This document shows, piece after piece, positions 15,384 to 21,745 of a stretch of 21,745 nt of DNA. This DNA is from a virus (Duplodnaviria; Heunggongvirae; Uroviricota; Caudoviricetes): IMG/VR virus record IMGVR_UViG_3300029102_000023; one strand, written 5' to 3'. The stretch's first letter is position 1. Every line of letters begins with the position of its first letter. The position numbers and the translations under genes were made by a program. The notes beneath the pieces were generated by a model, which saw nothing but the letters and a program-made list of their open reading frames with translations, was not told the DNA's origin and did no database searches.

Positions 15384-15841
15384 ACAGAGTAACCGCGATT
15401 ATCTCCGCTCTGGTTATCTGCATCATCGTCTGCCTGTCATGGGCTGTTAATCATTACCGTGATAACGCCATTACCTACAAAGCCCAGCGCGACAAAAATG
15501 CCAGAGAACTGACGCTGGCGAACGCGGCAATTACTGACATACAGATGCGTCAGCGTGATGTTGCTGCGCTCGATGCAAAATACACGAAGGAGTTAGCTGA
15601 TGCGAAAGCTGAAAATGATGCTCTGCGTGATGATGTTGCCGCTGGTCGTCGTCGGTTGCACATCAAAGCAGTCTGTCAGTCAGTGCGTGAAGCCACCACC
15701 GCCTCCGGCGTGGATAATGCAGCCTCCCCCCGACTGGCAGACACCGCTGAACGGGATTATTTCACCCTCAGAGAGAGGCTGATCACTATGCAAAAACAAC
15801 TGGAAGGAACCCAGAAGTATATTAATGAGCAGTGCAGATAG
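15380..15841 (+). CDS. rzpD: Spanin inner-membrane subunit Rz (i-spanin), 153 aa
   Basis: [26 protein letters not shown]... N-terminal TM segment then coiled-coil-like region; ATG at 15380 overlaps the endolysin stop (ATGA). Confidence 0.9.
   Translation: MNRVTAIISALVICIIVCLSWAVNHYRDNAITYKAQRDKNARELTLANAAITDIQMRQRDVAALDAKYTKELADAKAENDALRDDVAAGRRRLHIKAVCQSVREATTASGVDNAASPRLADTAERDYFTLRERLITMQKQLEGTQKYINEQCR
15600..15782 (+). CDS. rzoD: Spanin outer-membrane lipoprotein subunit Rz1 (o-spanin), embedded in Rz in the +1 frame
   Basis: [23 protein letters not shown]... lipobox VVGC; proline-rich ([15 protein letters not shown]); fully nested within Rz. Confidence 0.85.
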   Translation: MRKLKMMLCVMMLPLVVVGCTSKQSVSQCVKPPPPPAWIMQPPPDWQTPLNGIISPSERG

Positions 15842-15872
15842 AGCTGCCCATATCGATGGGCAACTCATGCAA

Positions 15873-16166
15873 TTATTGTGAGCAATACACACGCGCTTCC
15901 AGCGGAGTATAAATGCCTAAAGTAATAAAACCGAGCAATCCATTTACGAATGTTTGCTGGGTTTCTGTTTTAACAACATTTTCTGCACCACCACAAATTT
16001 TTGCTGCATCGACAGTTTTCTTCTGCCCAATTCCCGAAACGAAGAAATGATGGGTGATGGTTTCCTTTGGTGTTACTGCTGTAGGTTTGTTTCCAACAGT
16101 AAACGTCTGTTGAGCACATCCTGTAATAAGCATTGCCAGAGCGGCAGAAAACAACATTTTTTTCAT
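15873..16166 (-). CDS. bor: Bor lipoprotein (serum-resistance moron), 97 aa
   Basis: MKKMLFSAALAMLITGCAQQTFTVGNKPTAVTPKETITHHFFVSGIGQKKTVDAAKICGGAENVVKTETQQTFVNGLLGFITLGIYTPLEARVYCSQ; lipobox ITGC; matches lambda Bor. Confidence 0.9.
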   Translation of the reverse strand: MKKMLFSAALAMLITGCAQQTFTVGNKPTAVTPKETITHHFFVSGIGQKKTVDAAKICGGAENVVKTETQQTFVNGLLGFITLGIYTPLEARVYCSQ

Positions 16167-16646
16167 CTTATTATCCTGCATTGTTAAAAACGGCAGAATC
16201 CTATGTGACAACAATTAAACGATAGTTAAATGGATTGATGAAAATTAAAACTACACAGGTGGGCTCAGACTATTGGAGGAAGTTGGGGACACTCAGAATC
16301 CTGTGGAATGAAATAAACCGGTCTATCCGTCCATTACCCTTTTAGCTGCGCTGTATCGTCGCCGTATTCCCGCATTAACCATGACCGTAGCCCGACGGGG
16401 AATTCCTTCTGCGTGAGTGTGCGGGAATAATTAAAAACGATGCACACCGGGTTTTTACCGCGTTAATGATTCGCGGGTTTATCCCGGTGCGATGGTGGAA
16501 GAAACAGGAAGCTGTATTACAGAAAGTGCTACTACTGTATCCCGATGCGATGTATGTAATGTGAGTCAGATAATGGCACAGGATGTGGTGATGTGGCAGT
16601 CTGGAACACAGGATATATTGTCAGAATAAGACCCGTAGGAATAAAA

Positions 16647-16973
16647 ATGAAAAGACGCCTTTTACTACTTTTTCTGTTATCTGTCCTGGCAGTGGGATGC
16701 TCGCAGCAAAAAGCTGATGAGCCCCGGCAATTAGTGACGGTGTATCCACGATATCCGGAATATGCTGCAGCAAATTATATCAAGGGGCTGGTTGAGGTTA
16801 AGTTCGATATTGGTGCTGATGGGACTGTGACACGGATCGTTTTTCTCCGCTCAGAGCCTCATAATTTGTTTCGTGATGAAGTGGTGAAGGCCATGGCGAA
16901 ATGGCGATTTGAAAAGAATCGCCCCTGTCAGGGAGTGAAGAGACAATTTATCTTTACGCCGTCACGTCCTTGA
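16647..16973 (+). CDS. Lipoprotein with TonB C-terminal-like domain, 108 aa (prophage moron)
   Basis: Signal peptide plus lipobox MKRRLLLLFLLSVLAVGC; mature region YPRYPEYAAANYIKGLVEVKFDIGADGTVTRIVFLRSEPHNLFRDEVVKAMAKWRFEK resembles the TonB C-terminal fold motif pattern; domain call is from motif resemblance only. Confidence 0.6.
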   Translation: MKRRLLLLFLLSVLAVGCSQQKADEPRQLVTVYPRYPEYAAANYIKGLVEVKFDIGADGTVTRIVFLRSEPHNLFRDEVVKAMAKWRFEKNRPCQGVKRQFIFTPSRP

Positions 16974-17095
16974 TGCTTCCAGGTAGAGAGGGGCTGGAAG
17001 CAGGAGAAAAATGAAAGAGCCAGCGGTTATATTTTTGTCATGGCTGACGAGGAATGATGGAAGAAGGCGTTGTATGCCACACAACGCCTCACTGT

Positions 17096-17449
17096 TCATT
17101 TCTTCTTTTTCTCTGGTGGAACCCGATGAATAAGAGTTGCACTGGTTTCCGATGAGATGGCGATATACTCGGGCAAAGTATGCTGGCAGTTTTCCAACTG
17201 GTCAAAAATACCTGCTCTCGTCTGTTGCAATGCCTGCAGCATGCGGCGGCAATGCGCCTTGCTTTTACTAACCATCTTTCCTTCCTCTATCAGTCGCTGC
17301 GTGAACTCATCATGGAATACCAGGTAAATGCGGATGTTATCGGTTTTGGCTACGCAGCATAGTACAAAACGGACAGGTGCATCCCGGGACGGGGGAGGCG
17401 TCACATGTCCCTGTGATGGTTGTTCCGGGTAATGTACTGTGTGGGGCAT
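17096..17449 (-). CDS. Hypothetical protein, 117 aa (possibly 3' part of a frameshifted gene)
   Basis: ORF overlapping the preceding one by 113 nt in a different frame; C-terminal two-thirds (IYLVFHDEFTQRLIEEGKMVSKSKAHCRRMLQALQQTRAGIFDQLENCQHTLPEYIAISS...) looks protein-like. Confidence 0.3.
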   Translation of the reverse strand: MPHTVHYPEQPSQGHVTPPPSRDAPVRFVLCCVAKTDNIRIYLVFHDEFTQRLIEEGKMVSKSKAHCRRMLQALQQTRAGIFDQLENCQHTLPEYIAISSETSATLIHRVPPEKKKK

Positions 17450-17588
17450 AAAAATGTCCGATAATTTTACTTTCTACCGCAGTTAGTTGATTCGTTGGTC
17501 CTGGTAGCACATTGGGCGAGGATTTAAATGCCAGGCAACTGAAGGATGATGTCGCAAGGGAGATAGCGAGAATATTTCTGATTTTCAT
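17337..17588 (-). CDS. Hypothetical small exported protein (possibly 5' part of a frameshifted gene)
   Basis: ATG at 17588 with GAGG upstream gives MKIRNILAISLATSSFSCLAFKSS... (signal-peptide-like); C-terminal portion is low-complexity and overlaps the next ORF in another frame. Confidence 0.3.
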   Translation of the reverse strand: MKIRNILAISLATSSFSCLAFKSSPNVLPGPTNQLTAVESKIIGHFYAPHSTLPGTTITGTCDASPVPGCTCPFCTMLRSQNR

Positions 17589-17736
17589 TTGATGATGCCT
17601 CTGTGTGAAATGACGGTAAACGACGCACTTGTGCCGGCACATAATAGCAAGCACCATAATAGATCAGATTCGATTCTTGCTGTAAGTGATAATTATTCTC
17701 GTTTTCGGGTCCTTTCCGTCGATCCAACAGGTTACG

Positions 17737-17748
17737 GGGCGGCGACCT
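17737..17748 (+). other. cos: cos site: cosN 12-nt cohesive-end sequence GGGCGGCGACCT (cosQ upstream, cosB downstream to nu1)
   Basis: Sequence cagGTTACG-GGGCGGCGACCT-CGCGGTTTTTCACTATTTATGAAAATTTTT matches the lambda cohesive-end junction as I recall it, placed correctly between the lysis region and nu1. Confidence 0.85.
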
Positions 17749-17924
17749 CGCGGTTTTTCACTATTTATGAAAATTTTTCAGGGAAAATCGTGTCGGTACT
17801 TCTCGAATATAACTTTTTGTTTTTTTTAATATTGCATCCGTAAAGGTCCGACATGAAAGTGTCCGAAAATGCCTTTTTCTGGCGTTTTCATGTCGGGCCT
17901 TGTATTTGATAATGGGTTGTTTTC

Positions 17925-18473
17925 ATGAAGGTTAATAAAAAGAGGCTTGCCGAAATTTTCAACGTGGACCCGCGGACGATTGAACGCTGGCAGTCTCAGG
18001 GACTCCCTTGCGCCTCCAAAGGTAGTAAGGGCATTGAATCTGTATTTGATACTGCCATGGCAATTCAGTGGTATGCGCAGAGGGAAACTGATATCGAAAA
18101 CGAAAAGCTCCGCAAAGAACTGGACGATTTGCGTGCGGCAGCGGAGTCAGATTTACAACCCGGCACCATTGACTATGAACGCTACCGGCTCACAAAAGCG
18201 CAGGCAGATGCGCAGGAACTGAAAAATGCCCGTGAAGACGGAGTAGTGCTGGAAACTGAACTGTTTACCTTCATTCTGCAACGTGTGGCACAGGAGATTT
18301 CGGGGATACTTGTGCGTGTGCCGTTGACATTACAGCGTAAATATCCGGACATTTCACCATCACACCTTGATGTGGTGAAAACTGAAATCGCGAAAGCCTC
18401 CAATGTTGCAGCTAAGGCCGGTGAAAACGTGGGCGGGTGGATCGATGATTTCAGACGCGCAGAAGGCAGCTAA
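17925..18473 (+). CDS. nu1: Terminase small subunit Nu1
   Basis: 182 aa [65 protein letters not shown]... clearly homologous to lambda Nu1 (N-terminal winged HTH). Confidence 0.92.
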
Positions 18474-20373
18474 TGCAGCCGGTGCGATAGCTACAGGGCT
18501 TTTATCTCTCATTATTCCTGTTCCACTGACGACAGTTCAGTGGGCCAATAAACATTATTACCTTCCTAAAGAGTCGTCTTATACCCCGGGGCGATGGGAA
18601 ACACTGCCGTTTCAGGTTGGCATCATGAACTGTATGGGCAACGATCTGATTCGCACGGTTAACCTGATTAAATCTGCCCGTGTTGGTTATACAAAGATGT
18701 TGCTGGGAGTGGAGGCTTATTTTATTGAGCATAAATCACGCAACAGCCTTCTTTTTCAGCCCACGGACTCAGCTGCTGAAGATTTTATGAAATCTCATGT
18801 TGAGCCAACGATAAGGGATGTTCCTGCATTGCTGGAGCTGGCTCCATGGTTCGGAAGAAAACACCGCGATAATACGCTCACCCTGAAGCGTTTTTCCTCC
18901 GGTGTGGGGTTCTGGTGTCTGGGTGGTGCGGCAGCAAAAAACTACCGTGAAAAATCCGTGGATGTGGTCTGTTATGACGAGCTTTCCTCGTTCGAACCGG
19001 ATGTTGAAAAAGAGGGTTCGCCAACCCTGCTGGGGGATAAACGTATTGAGGGCTCTGTATGGTCAAAATCCATTCGCGGCTCGACGCCTAAAATCAAAGG
19101 CTCCTGCCAGATCGAAAAAGCCGCTAACGAGTCGGCACACTTCATGCGTTTTTATGTGCCCTGTCCGCACTGTGGGGAGGAGCAGTATCTGAAATTTGGC
19201 GATGATGCCTCGCCTTTCGGTCTTAAGTGGGAGAAGAATAAGCCAGAAAGTGTTTTCTACCTTTGTGAGCATCATGGCTGTGTGATCCATCAGTCTGAGC
19301 TTGACCAGAGTAACGGGCGGTGGATCTGTGAAAACACGGGCATGTGGACCCGTGACGGCCTGATGTTTTTCAGCGCCCGGGGTGATGAAATTCCGCCGCC
19401 GCGCTCCATCACTTTCCATATCTGGACGGCGTACAGTCCGTTCACCACCTGGGTACAGATTGTCTATGACTGGCTGGATGCACTGAAAGATCCCAACGGC
19501 CTGAAAACCTTTGTGAACACCACGCTGGGCGAGACCTGGGAAGAGGCTGTGGGCGAAAAACTCGATCACCAGGTGCTGATGGATAAGGTTGTGCGTTACA
19601 CGGCGGCGGTGCCTGCCCGGGTGGTTTATCTGACGGCGGGCATTGACTCGCAGCGAAACCGTTTTGAGATGTATGTCTGGGGATGGGCTCCGGGAGAGGA
19701 AGCCTTTCTGGTGGATAAAATCATCATTATGGGGCGTCCCGATGAGGAAGAGACGCTGTTACGTGTGGATGTGGCGATCAACAAAAAATACCGCCATGCA
19801 GACGGAACCGAAATGACCATTTCCCGTGTCTGCTGGGACACCGGGGGGATCGATGGCGAAATTGTCTATCAGAGGTCAAAAAAACACGGTGTTTTCCGGG
19901 TGCTGCCGGTAAAAGGTGCATCTGTTTATGGCAAGCCGGTGATCACCATGCCAAAAACCCGCAATCAGCGGGGCGTGTATCTGTGCGAAGTGGGGACGGA
20001 CACCGCAAAAGAAATTCTCTATGCCCGTATGAAAGCCGATCCCACGCCTGCGGATGAAGCCACGTCGTATGCCATCCGTTTTCCTGATGATCCGGAGATT
20101 TTTTCGCAGACAGAGGCGCAGCAACTGGTCGCGGAAGAGCTTGTGGAGAAGTGGGAAAAAGGAAAGATGCGTCTGCTGTGGGATAACAAAAAGCGGCGTA
20201 ACGAAGCGCTGGACTGCCTGGTGTATGCCTACGCGGCATTACGTGTGTCCGTGCAACGCTGGCAGCTTGATCTGGCTGTACTGGCAAAATCCCGGGAAGA
20301 AGAGACGACCCGGCCAACCCTTAAAGAACTGGCAGCGAAGCTGTCCGGAGGAGTGAATGGTTACAGTCGCTGA
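18445..20373 (+). CDS. A: Terminase large subunit A (ATPase/nuclease)
   Basis: About 642 aa homologous to lambda gpA throughout ([25 protein letters not shown]..., [42 protein letters not shown]); ATG at 18445 overlaps the nu1 3' end as in lambda; the track start at 18403 is an upstream extension. Confidence 0.95.
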
Positions 20374-20563
20374 ACTGCAGGCGCTGCGTCAGGCGCGCCT
20401 TGATTTATTAACCGGTAAACGGGTGGTGTCTGTCCAGAAAGATGGTCGCAGAATTGAATATACGGCGGCTTCTCTGGATGAGCTTAACCGGGCGATCAAT
20501 GATGCGGAGTCGGTACTGGGGACAACCCGGTGTCGCCGTCGTCCGCTGGGAGTGAGGTTATGA
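20357..20563 (+). CDS. W: Head-tail joining protein W, 68 aa
   Basis: [68 protein letters not shown], homologous to lambda gpW. Confidence 0.88.
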   Translation: MVTVAELQALRQARLDLLTGKRVVSVQKDGRRIEYTAASLDELNRAINDAESVLGTTRCRRRPLGVRL

Positions 20564-21745
20564 AACGAACGCCTGTCCTGATTGATGTGAACGGCGTTCC
20601 GCTTCGTGAGAGTCTCAGCTACAACGGGGGCGGTGCAGGATTTGGCGGGCAAATGGCTGAGTGGTTGCCACCGGCGCAGAGTGCCGATGCGGCCCTGCTG
20701 CCCGCGTTGCGTCTGGGGAATGCCCGGGCAGATGATCTGGTGCGCAATAACGGAATAGCGGCTAATGCGGTGGCTCTGCATAAGGATCACATTGTCGGGC
20801 ATATGTTTCTGATCAGCTACCGTCCGAACTGGCGCTGGCTGGGGATGCGGGAGACCGCAGCAAAAAGCTTTGTCGATGAGGTGGAGGCGGCCTGGTCGGA
20901 ATACGCCGAAGGGATGTTTGGCGAGATCGACGTGGAAGGAAAACGCACGTTCACGGAATTTATCCGTGAAGGTGTGGGCGTTCATGCGTTTAACGGCGAA
21001 ATCTTTGTGCAGCCGGTCTGGGATACGGAAACCACGCAGTTATTCCGTACGCGTTTTAAAGCCGTGAGTCCGAAACGGGTGGACACGCCTGGACACGGTA
21101 TGGGGAACCGTTTTCTGCGGGCCGGTGTGGAGGTCGATCGATATGGCCGTGCCGTCGCGTACCATATCTGTGAGGATGATTTTCCGTTCTCTGGTAGTGG
21201 ACGATGGGAACGGATCCCGCGTGAACTTCCCACCGGGCGTCCGGCCATGCTGCATATTTTCGAGCCGGTGGAGGACGGGCAGACCCGTGGGGCTAATCAG
21301 TTTTACAGCGTCATGGAACGGCTGAAGATGCTCGATTCCCTGCAGGCAACACAGCTTCAGTCGGCCATAGTGAAGGCGATGTATGCAGCGACGATTGAAA
21401 GTGAACTTGATACCGAAAAGGCCTTTGAATATATCGCCGGCGCGCCACAGGAGCAGAAGGATAATCCGCTTATTAATATTCTGGAGAAGTTCTCCAGCTG
21501 GTATGACACGAATAACGTGACACTGGGCGGTGTCAAAATTCCGCACCTTTTCCCTGGTGATGATCTGAAACTACAGACTGCGCAGGATTCAGACAATGGA
21601 TTTTCTGCGCTTGAACAGGCGCTGCTGCGGTATATCGCCGCCGGTCTTGGCGTTTCCTACGAACAGTTGTCCCGTGATTACTCGAAGGTCAGTTACTCAA
21701 GTGCCCGCGCCTCCGCCAATGAGTCGTGGCGCTATTTTATGGGGC
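20560..21745 (+). CDS. B: Portal protein B, N-terminal ~395 codons (3' partial; continues past window end)
   Basis: ATG at 20560 overlaps the W stop (ATGA); frame stays open to the window end: MKRTPVLIDVNGVPLRESLSYNGGGAGFGGQMAEWLPPAQSADAALLPALRLGNARADDLVRNNGIAANAV..., homologous to lambda gpB. Absent from the ORF track because it lacks a stop. Confidence 0.92.
   Translation, partial: MKRTPVLIDVNGVPLRESLSYNGGGAGFGGQMAEWLPPAQSADAALLPALRLGNARADDLVRNNGIAANAVALHKDHIVGHMFLISYRPNWRWLGMRETAAKSFVDEVEAAWSEYAEGMFGEIDVEGKRTFTEFIREGVGVHAFNGEIFVQPVWDTETTQLFRTRFKAVSPKRVDTPGHGMGNRFLRAGVEVDRYGRAVAYHICEDDFPFSGSGRWERIPRELPTGRPAMLHIFEPVEDGQTRGANQFYSVMERLKMLDSLQATQLQSAIVKAMYAATIESELDTEKAFEYIAGAPQEQKDNPLINILEKFSSWYDTNNVTLGGVKIPHLFPGDDLKLQTAQDSDNGFSALEQALLRYIAAGLGVSYEQLSRDYSKVSYSSARASANESWRYFMG

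Noticed and set aside
15680-16187. ORFs 15680-15892 (-) and 15954-16187 (+) over Rz/Rz1 and bor
   Set aside because: Antisense to confidently called Rz, Rz1 and bor.
17589-17843. 84-aa plus-strand ORF spanning cos
   Set aside because: Crosses cosN/cosB, which must remain protein-binding DNA; no RBS; low-complexity product.
17947-20985. Alternative-frame and antisense ORFs within nu1, A, W and B (e.g. 17947-18222, 18902-19192, 19063-19569, 19943-20317, 20054-20356, 20389-20985, 21040-21546)
   Set aside because: All overlap terminase, W or portal genes that have continuous lambda homology; typical spurious ORFs in GC-rich coding DNA.
1-21745. Search for tRNA genes, CRISPR arrays and attachment (att) sites
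   Set aside because: No cloverleaf-like tRNA candidates or repeat-spacer arrays were evident by eye; int/xis/att would lie beyond the left edge (past the IS1), so none are called. A proper tRNAscan/CRISPR search was not possible.

Overview
This window reads as a lambdoid (lambda-like) prophage of an enterobacterial host, running from the pL leftward operon through immunity, replication, nin, Q, lysis and cos into the first head genes. A truncated IS1 end (1-212) lies at the left edge. All calls rest on reading the sequence and recalled protein families; no database search was run. Several small genes below (cIII, kil, orf28, ylcG) and the open-ended portal gene are not in the supplied ORF track.

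Gene order: IS1 | small b-region ORFs, exo, bet, gam, kil, cIII, ea10, ral, sieB | N, nutL, OL/pL | two unknown genes | cI, OR, cro, nutR, cII | O (with ori iterons), P, ren, tR2, ninB | orphan adenine methyltransferase, ninE, small ORFs, rusA, ylcG, Q | antisense porin | holin, SAR endolysin, Rz/Rz1 | bor, TonB-C-like lipoprotein | cos | nu1, A, W, B (open at window end).

The element is mosaic. Recombination and replication modules look near-identical to lambda, while the immunity module (N through the N-terminal part of cII) is heterologous and the Q-lysis cassette is DLP12/phage-21-like.

The best candidate for an undescribed system is the translationally coupled gene pair at 5394-6700. 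It sits immediately downstream of cI on the same strand, exactly where lambda carries rexA-rexB, and I do not recognise either protein. Its placement predicts lysogen expression and a superinfection-exclusion or abortive-infection role; that is inference, not demonstrated.
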